Source: Takakia lepidozioides
Taxonomy: Eukaryota; Plantae; Bryophyta
Direction: 5' to 3'
Length of the DNA stretch: 64,000 nucleotides
Assembly: GCA_030704615.1 (NCBI GenBank)
Contig: CM060731.1
Location: 27,590,001-27,654,000 of the forward strand
Under the pieces are notes generated by a model, which saw nothing but the letters and a program-made list of their open reading frames with translations, searched no databases and was not told the origin of the DNA. This document shows positions 24,394 to 35,804 of the stretch, one piece after another (the stretch's first letter is position 1; the number at the start of each line of letters is the position of its first letter). The position numbers and the translations under genes are program-made.

Positions 24394-24989
24394 TCTTGCA
24401 AAACATCTCTCTTTTCTTCAATGGATAGTATTGATTTCATGACATCCTAATATCTTTGCTCAACATATGTTCGTAAAACACTAATTACATAAGAGAAATA
24501 TCCGCGGTTTCGATCTAGGGTTGCAGAAAGTTGTCTTGTTCTTTATCTCCAGAATTTGCGAAATCCTTCTTTTGCAACATCGCATATCATGTAGGTTGGT
24601 ACTTGCATGATGGTCCATGTGGGCAAAATCAAGCTCTTAATATTCAATTACTGGCGCTTTCCGACGATGTTTTTGATTTTTACATCCCATACTTCCCTTG
24701 TACAAATTGGTGACCCATTTCCAGGTCGAGATCTGACGATTTTTTACTAGACAAAAAAAACAATGGTCCGAAGATTAGTTATACATGACGTAACCCACAA
24801 TCTTCCAAGTGATCCCAATCGAGTTGCTCCATTTAGGAGCTTTGCCGCAACATCCGCATCCGCAGTTGGATGGGGATGAAGTTTGACGGAAAAAACTAGC
24901 TTCAAGTCTGAGGAAGCCTCTCCTTTAAAAAAAACACAAATTGGGCCTATGATTTCTCCCACCCGAGCATTGCCCACCTTAAACAGGTT

Positions 24990-25330
24990 TGTTACAACTA
25001 CTTGATCCAAAACAATGGTAGAAGCACGAGAATAGTACAATACAACATTCCTTTTGTGCTTGCAATCAGCAGTAATGTAGCACTCTCATTTCTTTACCTT
25101 GTACTTAGGCATATCTTTCTCTGCCCTCCTCTTCCCCTCATAGGTGTGTCACTTGGGGGCCATGACTTTGGGAGACTGGTTGATAGTGGAGCAAATCTTG
25201 CACTTCACAAGATGAAGACTACCATTTGCTGCAAGCTGATCGTCACGCTGCTCACTCCAACTAGAACCTTCTGGTCAAGTCATAGTTATGTTTGAACTTC
25301 TTCTTTGGTACAGATCCCTGTAAATCATCT
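24990..25330 (-). mobile_element. Degenerate hAT-like transposase N-terminal zinc-finger fragment
   Basis: KFKHNYDLTRRF..; VKCKICST..MAPK; YEGKRRAEKDMPKYKVKK*ECYITADCKHKRNVVLYYSRASTIVLDQV. This resembles ZNF862-type hAT N-termini by recollection. No DDE core was seen. Confidence 0.45.
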
Positions 25331-27261
25331 TTTTCCTCACTATCATGTGTATTGGAGGAACAAACGATTGAGATTGGGTACTAATATGAGGGTCAGCCAT
25401 AACTTGTTCATTTAGCTTGGAATTGGACGGTCTGAACTACCCGTCCCTCAGCATCACTCGGCAAATGCATGGAATCACAAATGAAACACAGGGGCTGGGC
25501 ATTGCCCATATTCTTGGAGCTCACCAAGTACTTGTCAAGGAAAGAATGCAGAGGCATGTGTTTCGTAGTAGGTTTCGTCATTGCCCTTAGACTCATGAAT
25601 TTAAGATTCCCCAAAAAAACCTATCTCGCTAAACTACAACATACACGACCTCTCTTGAGAATTTATACAACCCTAAAGGGCATCATCTAAGCAAGCATAA
25701 CACAGTGAACGGAAAACACATTTCTCTGAGTGCAGTGGAAGCACTAAGCAGAAGCCATTCTCTGTAATTGCAAGCCTTATTCGGAAACCCATAAGTTCCG
25801 TGAATTCCACAATCAATTTGCTCAAGTTATAAGCATGCACTTGGGATTCACAACCATTGCCAGTCTCCCATGCAGAATCCACCTTGTAGAATCCAAAGAT
25901 CAAGCCACAAAACACACAGAATGGGGGCGTAGAGGATGAATGTAGTGTACCTTGCCTGCCGCCCCCGTCTCTTTTCCTTCATCGTGCCACCACCCCTCCT
26001 TCGCAACAGCAAAGCACCATATCAGCTAGCCCCCCCCCCCATTCAAGCAGCGTTGAAGGCCTGCTCCAAAGTTTTGAAACAACAACCTAATTCCTGGCGA
26101 CGAGCCTTAGTACCTCACGAACAAAAGAGGCCACACCATTTCCTCGGGCAATACAACTCTCTGGCGATGGCCAGCGCCTCCACTCTGCTCTACCTCATGA
26201 TTGGATGGTGGAGGGTGGTGCACATGGCAAAATCAGGCTGAACCCCGGCGCGATGGGGTGCCAGCCCTTGGATTTAGCCCCCCCCCCCCACCCCTTCCCA
26301 AGTGAAAACACAAGGTTCCCACGGTGCTTTCTGGCAGTAGCTGGTCAGGGCCCCGCCCCGTTTTGGCGATATTTTTTCTTTTTGCCCCTGGAAATCGCAG
26401 AGGGGTGTCGCGGGCCCTTGGATTTTGGTGCTTTTAGGCTTTTTTTCGCCTGAAAAAGAGGGGCTGCTCACCATACGCCTCCCTAACATAATGATGGAGT
26501 GGCAATTTGGTGAGCCATTGTTGGTCATGCCCTTAGAGCTTTGGTGTCCTACAAAAGAATAACACATTAGGAAAAACAAAGTCACAATAACCAACACCAT
26601 CCAAAACACGCGCCAACCAATAAATAAACAATTAAATTAATATAATGAGGCAAACAACGGGAATGTCAACAAAATAAATCAAGGTATCGGATTTCGCCAG
26701 CGAAATTTCAAGGTATTGTTGCATAGGTCATTAATTCCAATGGTTTCGTGGGCAAAACAAAATGAGTTGTGTTGGTTTTGCATATAAGGGACGATGTGAG
26801 GTTGTTTTATTTCACTAACAAATTGTTACATGCTTATTGTAGTAGGTCATTACCCATGCTTTCCTGGGCGGAACAAAATGAATTGTGTCTAGTTTTGCAT
26901 ATTAGTGATTGCTATGAGTGTCAATTAGTGATTTTTATTTTTATTTTATTTTTCAAAAGAAACCCGGGAGCGACTGCTCATTTTTTTTCTTAAATTTGAA
27001 AAATAGAACGAGTGGCTACAAGAAATAGCTATATATGGCCCTGAAATTTGGCAAGGAAATCGTTGTTCCACCACTACATTACAATTTGTGGGTCTCAAGA
27101 TCAGAAAGAAATTGACCAAAGGCCACAATTTGATTTGGTGGGAGTATTGTGTGGGAGCTCAAATTCTAGGTCCACAAACACATTACAATATTTTTACTTC
27201 CAATGCAGTCCTATCAAATTTGGAGGTGTGATACACAACTAATAAGCTAGCATAATATTAT

Positions 27262-28560
27262 ACGGTCTTTCCGTGGAACTCTTTAAAGTTTTGTGGCAAG
27301 AGATGGGGGAGGATTTCTTGGATATGACAAATGATGTTCTTGCTAACAGGATCATGCCTTCCCAACTCTTGCAGGGTTTTATTTCGTACTTGCTTGTGCT
27401 ATTTGTCAGGACCCTACCGGACTAATTAATTTTTCTTGAAGAAGGGGTCTGGTGTAGGCTTTTAGGGATTTCTGCAGTTGCGGCAACGATCATAATAAAT
27501 AATGAAAAAGCATGATGTTTGCATGTGTATATGATTAATTCATGCAACAAATTGACAGGGCAGGGTGGGTCTCGAGGTCGAAAAGTGTATGTTCGGCCTT
27601 GGATGGGCTTCAATTTAAATTTTTCGGCAATCTGTTTTTTCGTTTAACTATCATCGGACAACGTAGGTAGGTATGGTACTCTCATTCACAAAAAAGGTGA
27701 TAGGGATATAATTACCAATTATAGACCTACCACGCTTCTTAATTCCACTTATAAAATTATTGCTAAAACTTTGGCATTGCGCTTGCAACCTCTTCTCTAT
27801 AAACTTATTTGCATTGAGCAGATGGGGTTTATGAAAAACAGGATGATCCTAGATAACATTATGTTGGCCAATGAGCTAGTGCATTAAGCTCATGACTCCA
27901 ATCCGCCCCTATCCTTGACTATGAAAAGGCCTTTGATAGTGTTGATTGGTCCTTTCTATTAGGAGCGCTTGAGAAGTTGGTATCATTGGCAACTTTCTGA
28001 ACTGGATAAAGATCATTCTTTTTTCGGCCTCCAGCAAAGTGGTTGTCAATGGAGTTCTCCTCCTCCTTCCATTTGCACAGATGTGTGTGACAGGGTTGCC
28101 CACTGGCACATTGATGTACGTAGCTGATACCTTGGGTCACCTTTTGGATTCAGACAGTGGTGTTCAAGGGCTTAAAATTCCACGACCCATGCCTACTTCC
28201 TACAAGAATAAGTCCTCACTTTATGCAGACCATACTCTACTTCTAATTTTACCTCTCCTTTTTGCATTGCTTGGGGGCTTAAGATAAACTAGCCCAAATT
28301 TGTGGCCATTCTCTTGCAACTCACACATGAGGCTACATTCTCTCGACATGCCGAGCCTTGGGAACAAGTTCTCGGGGTTTGCTGGCTTCAGATGGGCGAG
28401 CCCATAACCTCTTAGGTCACCTTGTTGGTCACGATCTTTTTGACCAACAACGTTGTGAGGTTGTGATTGCCAAGCTAACTCGTTGGTTTTTACAACTCCT
28501 GGGGAAAAGGTGGCTTCATGTGTTTTAGAACCTCTACATCAACAATTATCTGTTATCTGG
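27262..28560 (+). mobile_element. L1/Tx1-like LINE reverse transcriptase remnant, interrupted by a ~295-bp insertion (27386-27680)
   Basis: FPVELFKVLWQEMGEDF..LQGFIS, then the insertion, then LIHKKGDRDIITNYRPTTLLNSTYKIIAKTLALRLQ..EQMGF..R.ILDNI..LDYEKAFDSVDWSFL..V*QGCPLA..SLYADHT. Confidence 0.9.
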
Positions 28561-28781
28561 CATGACAACTTCCCGGCATGTTGGGAGAACTTAGGTTAAT
28601 GTGCAGCAATCTCCTGCTGAAGGGGAGGAATCAGACATCTATTGGAGACATAACGTAACTTTAGGAAAGGGAAACCTGAAGCGCAATTGTCCGTTGAAAC
28701 CTCAAAGCGTAAGAGGGGTAGTTTCTGCTCTTGATCTTCCCGCAAACTGTCTATCTTGATTATACTTTTGGTTAGGGGGCC

Positions 28782-29323
28782 TGTGGAGCTGGGATTCCTT
28801 CTCACCTTCCTTTTCGACTTGGATGACTGGAGGAGGGATGCGCTCCGGATGATTTAGGGATGGACGGAGCCAGGATGAAGTTTGGATAAACTTACACCTT
28901 GCGCATGAGGATGAGTTGGCAACAGCTGATGACTTTATTAGGTGCTGTCTTATTCTAATAGCTAGTTTAGGATTAGATTAGGATGGATCTGGGTGATCTG
29001 GCTTCTTTCTATGGCTATGCTGGAAAGGCATCTGGCTGGCCTATATGTAAGTGCTACACGGCACTAAGATTAGATTACGACCTAATACTATTTAAGCTCG
29101 ACTGCCGTGGCAGTGAGGGTGGTGGCTTTTGGTCTTTACGCAAGTGTACGCTGGGTGTAACGGTGTGCTTGTGTGTGTGGATGAATGTGCTTTGGAAGTC
29201 CGATTCAGTTGCGTCCTCTTCATGAGATTCCGTCTTCTCTGCTAGGCCCATCTATCGACTACATTCCCCTGATAGGATTAAGTCCGGTAGAGGAAGGGGA
29301 ACAAACCCATAGCGCCGGAATCA
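28782..29323 (+). repeat. LTR (TG...CA, 542 bp) of a dUTPase-bearing Ty3/gypsy family
   Basis: TGTGGAGCTGGG...GGAATCA. It is a direct repeat of 41785-42228, preceded by purine-rich TTAGGGGGCC and followed immediately by a PBS. Confidence 0.85.
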
Positions 29324-29334
29324 TGGTGGAGATG
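29324..29334 (+). promoter_or_regulatory. Primer-binding site, tRNA-Ala-like
   Basis: TGGTGGAGATG directly after the LTR CA end, complementary to the ...CAUCUCCACCA 3' end of tRNA-Ala. Confidence 0.75.
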
Positions 29335-32229
29335 TGTGATAGCTAGAAATCGTTAACAAAGAATTCGGCTCATATGAATTACCTGAGAACAGTAGATTGT
29401 GTACGGGGGATCCTGCATGATTGAGAGGAGATGTAGTGGCAAAATGGCGGCTTGTATGTCGTGCACAAAGAGAAAGAGAGAGAGTTTGCCTGCTTGAGCT
29501 TTTCTGTGTTTTGAAAGTTTCGCAAGTGAGCACAATGGCTTCCAGTTCTGAGCGTGGTTGGTTTGAGCTTGATAAATTCGAGGTCCCACACTTGAAACAG
29601 ACCCAGGGGTTGGAATCTCGCTACATTTGTGAGCTTGCACGCAACCTCTTACCTGAGCAGCTGGTGTTTGTCGATTATCCGGAGGGAGAACCTACTCCAC
29701 GGCCTGAGCTCCTGTTGGACACGCCCTCGGAGTTCTGGGCCAAGACCTTTGAGGAAACTGCACGCAAAGAAGCTTGCAAACCCATACACACTAAAGCGGA
29801 GCAGAGGGAGCAGAGCCGGCGCATTCGCGAGTCTCTTTAGGGAGCGCACGCCGCACGCCTTCTCCTCAAGCTTCATTCCAGGGAAGTCACTCTACAAATT
29901 CCCCTTGCTAGTGCCAAGGAGCAGTTGGAGAGTGGTGAGAAACTTAGTTGGGCTGTCTTGGGCATTCCACAATTCTCAGTAAGTCGTGAATTGGGTGTAG
30001 ACCTTGAGAGCTTCCTGCCTCCTGACAAGCCGAGCCCTCTACGATTGTGAGAACTGGTTAAAGGGGGTACATCGATTCTGCTTGTTAATTTGAGGCCTCG
30101 AGTTCCACCAGCCCCTACCCGGGATCCCACTTGGGAAGAGCCCATCACTTGTATTCCCGACTCAGATTTTTCTTTTTGTCTCAGTGATGTGTTTATCTTT
30201 CCGGGGGTGTGTTTTCGGCGTGAAACAATAGGTCTCTACAAGGCCGAAGCAGCCGAGGGATATCCTGCCCATACGCTGTTGGTGAAGGAAAAGGTGGTCC
30301 GCAGCATAGTGCGCGTAACTTTTTGGCTCAAGGGTGAAGATGAGTTGTGGGCTTTCTTGGGGGAAGGAGTGTACCTACTGCACAAGCATCGCTTCATCAC
30401 CTCTCACTGTGTGTCTTCGAAGCTCAGTGCCCCTTCGGACAGGTAGCCGTGTACTCCTCTTCTCATGCCTGTATTCACAAGATCCATGCTAGAAAGATTT
30501 CATCACGGAAGGAGGACAATTCATGCACAAGGGAAGGTACCAATTCTTCTGCAAGGCCTTTCACCCCAAGGTGCCCATCACTAATCACAACATCAGTTCT
30601 GTCACTGGCCAAGTGTGTGTGTTTGATAATGGCTGGTTTGGCAAATCCAGCCTTGGCAGCTTTAAGACGAAGGCATTCTTCTATTAATTCAACCATTTCA
30701 TCCTCAGTAGTGTAAGTCTGTTTTTGTAGAAACACTTTCTCAGCAGGGGGCAAGCCCTTTACAAAACAATGTTTCAAAATATCAGGTCTCTCTGAGGCAA
30801 TTAGAATTGACTTACAGATTGCAGTTCGCAAGTCAGTGTAGTATTTCCACACATTGTCGTCATAATGAAATTTTAAGTCTGGTGTGGTATAAGCTATGGG
30901 TTTTTCTTCACGAAAAAAGCTTGCGAGTCAATTCTCTGGCTTCTACCTAAATAATATCATTTTTGTCCTTGATATTGGACTCAAACAGTTGCCTGGCCTC
31001 TCCCTTGAGACAGCTCCGAAAAGACTTTACTTGGAACCGTGGGGGAACACCATTCATTTCAGTGCTGATTTCAAAAAATTCCAAGAATGACTCAAAATCC
31101 TCCCCTAAGTTGTACTCAGGGTATTGTTGCTTATGCATTCGCTCCCCATGATCAGTTTTCCGTGATGTGGTATCCGGAGCTTCAGTTTGTTTCAGCAACA
31201 TCTTCATAAGCGGGGGGCAATTTGAAATCACCCCCATGGCTTCACACAGCTCGTCCAAATCAAATGTGGGTTGAGGCACAGTCGCCGGATCCTTGTGATC
31301 TCCGGACGACTCTCCCCTTTTCGTATTATTTCTTTCATTAGTTGCTGTCTCTTCCCTCTCCTCCACTGCACGTTTTTCCAACTCACTTAGTCTAACACTG
31401 GCCCTAGGTATGAAGCCAGACTGTCCATGGTGGCATGCATGGTTTGCAAATCCAAAGAACACTACACCAGGTTCTGCCCTTACCTCTCTCAACTCCCTGC
31501 TCTCATTGATCGTTATGAGAAAGAGAAGCTCTCGAAAGGCCATTTAAACGACCAAGATCGTTTGTAAGGGTGCCGGCCGATCTCTCTACAAACCCACAAC
31601 CTGTTGCTAGTGCTGTTTTGTCCAATGATTTCAAACTCATGCATTGTGAAGCCTCTAGGGCACTTAGAAGAGAACAAATACATCCCTTGATGACTCAGTG
31701 TCACAGTGGCCATCTTTCTTTTTTCATGCGTGATTGACACAGGCTGCACCATGTCTGCCATTCCACTCTCCATTGTATGCATATTAGGCCTCAAGTTACG
31801 GCCTGCCAAAGGGCTGGAAGTAACCATAGCCGATGGTACAGCCTATGAACCCATGGGCTTGGTTACTGTGCCTATCCGTGTCAATGGCAAGACAGTGGTA
31901 CTAACCTCTATTGTCACTTTGGGGGAGCAGCTTTTGCTGGGCCTTGACTGGATAAAGGGGGCAGAGGCTAGCCTGGACATCATGGGCAATTTGATGTGGT
32001 TACACAATGGTGAGGGCCAGCCTTATAAGGCAAACCTCAACGCTGTCACCTTGGTTGCTGGTACCTCTTTAGCCAATTACTCTCGATTGAAATTGCAAGC
32101 TAAACACTTGAAGGAAACTATAGGCCAGCACTACAATTGGGCCAGATTCAGTCAATTTCAAGCCCCCGAGGGCTGCCTTATCAATGGCAGTTCCCTTTGT
32201 CAGGTAAGAAATCTGGCCCTCCACTGCCA

Positions 32230-32510
32230 GTGGCCAAGAACACTATGCTAATCCGAGCTCCTGTCGACTTGGTCATTCATGTTTTTTCTCAACGTGTAAT
32301 TCCTTCTGGTCTAGCTTTTGCTTGCCCCCAAGGCCATTATATTGAGGTGGAAGGTTGGAAGAAGCTGACCTTGCAAAAACATTGTCTGATCGCATCTGGA
32401 GTGATTGACAAAGGTTTCAAGGGTGAAGTCCGACTGTTGGTGGCTAATCCTAAGCGTATAGGCATTACCATTTGTAAGGGGCAAGTCATAGCTAGACTGT
32501 CTTCCTCACC
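32230..32510 (+). pseudogene. Trimeric dUTPase-like domain within the retrotransposon polyprotein
   Basis: Motif III-like GVIDKGFKGE and motif IV-like GQVIARL have the expected spacing. Motif I (AGYDL) and motif II (RSG) are not conserved. Confidence 0.7.
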
Positions 32511-33084
32511 TTTATTTGAGTTGGCTTCTGTTCAGAAAGCTCTCTCCTTCTACGACATAGGTCTGGTGGATTTGCCTCTTGACCAACTGCAAGCCTTTGC
32601 TGCCAAACATCGGGCCTGTTGCCGGTCTTCCCTTGACCTCAGATCAAGAGCTGCATTACCAGCAAGTTTTGCAAGACATCACGGTTGGGGAGCATCTCAC
32701 ACCTCAGCAGACCAGCCAACTCCATGACTTTCTCCGTAATAACCTGGATATTTTTAGTAAGGGCCTCATGACCTTGGTCGCACGACCATCCTGGACCACG
32801 ACATCATCACTGAAGGTAAGCCTATCAAACAGTATGCCTACCGAAAGAAAGGTTATTCAGGAAGAGATTACCAAAATGTTGGACGCAGGTGTCATCACAC
32901 CCTCAATCTCGCCTTGGGCCAGTTCCATTGTCTTAGTAGGGAAAAATGATGGTTCAACTCGCTTCTATGTTGATTTTAGACGTCTAAATGCTATCACTAA
33001 AAAGGATGTGTATCTCTTACCTCGTATTCATGAGCCTGCTTCTCCTCCCACTGTCACTCCTGACCCACCTTGGTCAACTTGGTA

Positions 33085-33388
33085 AGAGCCTTTGCAATGC
33101 TGCTAAGAGCTAGATTTCCAAGGATAATTCTTTTCTTGGATCAAAATTCTGCTATCCTCTGCCTCTAGTAAAGTCAACGATAAATGGAATCATCTCTCAT
33201 TCATTCCCTCTCTCTCGCTCTGTGAGGCAAGGTTGCCCACTAGCCCCATTTTTATTTCTTATTGCGGCTAACAGCCTGGGCCACCTCTTAGAATCCGAAC
33301 CGGGATATATTGGGTCTCCACCTATCCATGCATAATCTCTCTCAGTCCATGATGGCCAAAGTGTCCATGTATGTAGATGACACTGTTG
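33085..33388 (+). mobile_element. L1-like LINE RT fragment
   Basis: SWIKILLSSASS..INGIISHSFPLSRSVRQGCPLAPFLFLIAANSLGHLL..SMYVDDT. Confidence 0.85.
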
Positions 33389-34089
33389 AGCCACAGAGAG
33401 TTGGTCGAGCTGAAGACTTAGCTCAAGGATCTAATGTCAAAGGGGTACATCCGGCCGAGTAAGTCACCTTACGGAGCCCCGGTGCTATTCGCAGACAAGA
33501 AGGATGGGACGATGTGGATATGTGTCGATTACAGGGCTCTGAATAAGGTGACTATCAAGAACCGGTATCCTTTGCCAAGGATCCACGACCTCTTTGATCG
33601 GTTGGCAAGAGCGAAGTATTTCAGCCGGATCGATTTGCGCTCCGGCTATCATCAAATCCGAGTGGCAGAAGGAGATGAGGAGAAGACCGCGTGCATGACA
33701 AGGTATGGTTCATATGAGTTCTTGGTGATGCCTTTTGGGATCACCAATGCACCCGCAACCTTTAGCACGCTAATGAACAGCCTTTTCCAGGAATGGTTGG
33801 ATGACTTTGTGATTGTGTACATCGACGACATCTTGGTGTACTCGAAAACAAAAGAAGAGCACCTGGAGCACCTCAAAAGGGCGTTCCAGAAATGCGGGAA
33901 ATGAAGCTGTATGCCAAAGCTTCAAAGTGCGAATTCGGGGTCACAAAAGTGGAGTTCTTAGGGCATGTGATTATACAAGATGGGATCAAAATGGATGACA
34001 GAAAGGTGAGGGCGATCTTAGACTGGGAGCCTCCAACTTCGGTCCCGGGAGTGCGGTCCTTTCTAGGACTCGCCTCCTATTACTGAAAG

Positions 34090-34814
34090 TGTCGCGCACC
34101 TCACTTCGGTAAGCTCCCCCCTCAAGTCATAGTTACTCGCTTGATGCGCGCGTCTAACTCCCAACCTGGCCGCCGGGCCAACTTGGAGATCCGGCTGCTC
34201 ACTGGGGCATAACGGTCCCCCTTTGATCTCCCAAAGAACCCTCCAACGATTTGGAACCAGCGGAATTCCCTTTGGTAGTTGGCAGTCCGGAACAGTTCCC
34301 CACTCTTTGGTCGCTTTCCGGCTCGCTCGCTTACTCACTAGTTTTTGGTCACGAACGGGCTTGCACCGTTCTCGGGGTTACTACTCCCTATATATACTTC
34401 TGTAGCTGTCCGCGGGGGTTTCACAAACAACCATGCCATTTTATGGCGAACCACCACGAACACCCTCGACTCCTGGTGATGAGCCGCGGTGAGTCTTGGC
34501 CCACCCACCACGGCCCCTATGGACCGTGATGAGTCCCAAGACTCCCCACGACTCCCACCACGAGGTCTCCGCCCCAGGGTGAGTCCTATGCCACCCCCAC
34601 TAAGTCCCGCTAAGCTACCACCACCCCTTGTGGAGCCACCCCCACCGCAACCCGGTGTGCGGGGCTCCACCTAGTGAGTGCCTCCGCCTCCTTGAGTGCC
34701 TTGGGCACTCAAGGGTGCTTCAGCCCCCCATACCTATCGCTGCCACTGCCCCCACCACAGGGGCAGCCCCTCTTGTGTCCCGACCCCCTGCCCTCAAGGC
34801 AAAGGGCCGCGACA
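34090..34814 (-). repeat. 3' LTR of chromovirus
   Basis: About 97-98% identical to 40333-41057 (roughly 15 substitutions and 4 small indels counted by eye). Confidence 0.97.
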
Positions 34815-35804
34815 CACACCCCTACCAACAGGGAGTCGATGTCCTCATCGGCTTGTCCATTTTGTGGAAACGAACATCCAAGTTGTGGCGTCCCACATCA
34901 AGGAGTTTGTTTCCGTACCATGGCGTCCCATGGCAAAGAACCAAACCCCACACTTGACTCTACTCTCCACTAGCTAGTTCGGCCGACTTCCTCCAAGTCC
35001 CGGCCAAGGGTGGAGCCTCTCAAGCTCCTCCCAGTGCACTCTTCTTGGCCTACTTCACGGCCAAGGAACGATCCTCCCCGAGGATCGAATCGCCTTACTG
35101 CAACAACATTTGCTTGCGACTGCTCATGATGCCGCTTTTGGCATCACCTTGAGCAAGGGTTCACCTCGAACCCTCTCTTTGACTAGGAAGGTAACCTTGA
35201 ACCAACCGCGCGCCCCAATCACTACAATTGGGTCCGCCTTGGAATGCTGACCTGAGGTACGGGAACACGCCGAAGCCGCACTACGACTTCGTCCTGAGGC
35301 TACACGATTATAGTACGTGAACGGAAGCACGTAGCTTCCGCGTTAGCCCGCACTACAAAGCAACCCCCTCGGTAGCGCAGTTATAGTATGCGCACGCGCC
35401 AGGTGCGCACTAGCACGTGAACTCCTAAAGAAGGCGCAAGTTTCCTTGCCCCTTGGATGGGAGTTATCCGATTTTGGCACTGCGCAAACACACGATTAAC
35501 CCAATTTACCTCTCCCATTTTTGTAAGCTAGCATGCATTCTACACACTAGCCAACCACACCATGCATCACCATTCCAAACAAAATAGGACGCACAACATT
35601 TGGAACCCATTTCCTTTATAACAAATTTTTGTACAATACAAGTTTTTGCAATCGGATTCCTAAGCTAGCTAAGCCAGGCTAAGCATGCATTTCCTCCCCC
35701 ACGCTCCAAGGTTGATGTCCCCATCAACGCTTCTTCCGCTTTTGAGGTCGCCCTTCAAAAACTGCAACCGCCTCGGAAGCGTTTCCCGTTTCTGAGGCAC
35801 GCAC

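Larger units (their letters stand above)
29324..33030 (+). mobile_element. Internal region of a Ty3/gypsy element: unknown N-terminal ORF, gag (inverted), aspartic protease, dUTPase-like domain, truncated RT
   Basis: Unknown ORF 29536-30446 has 2 internal stops. Gag-like YPEYNLGEDFESFLEFFE..LKGEARQ..HCFVKGLP is on the minus strand at 30467-31514. Protease is [15 protein letters not shown], the dUTPase-like part is IPSGLAF..P.GHY..GVIDKGFKGEV..KGQVIARL, and RT is SPWASSIVLVGKNDGSTRFYVDFRRLNAITKKDVYLLPRI. Confidence 0.85.

Noticed and set aside
34063-34977. Pro/Gly-rich ORFs, duplicated at 40315-41298
   Set aside because: They are incidental frames in GC-rich LTR sequence.
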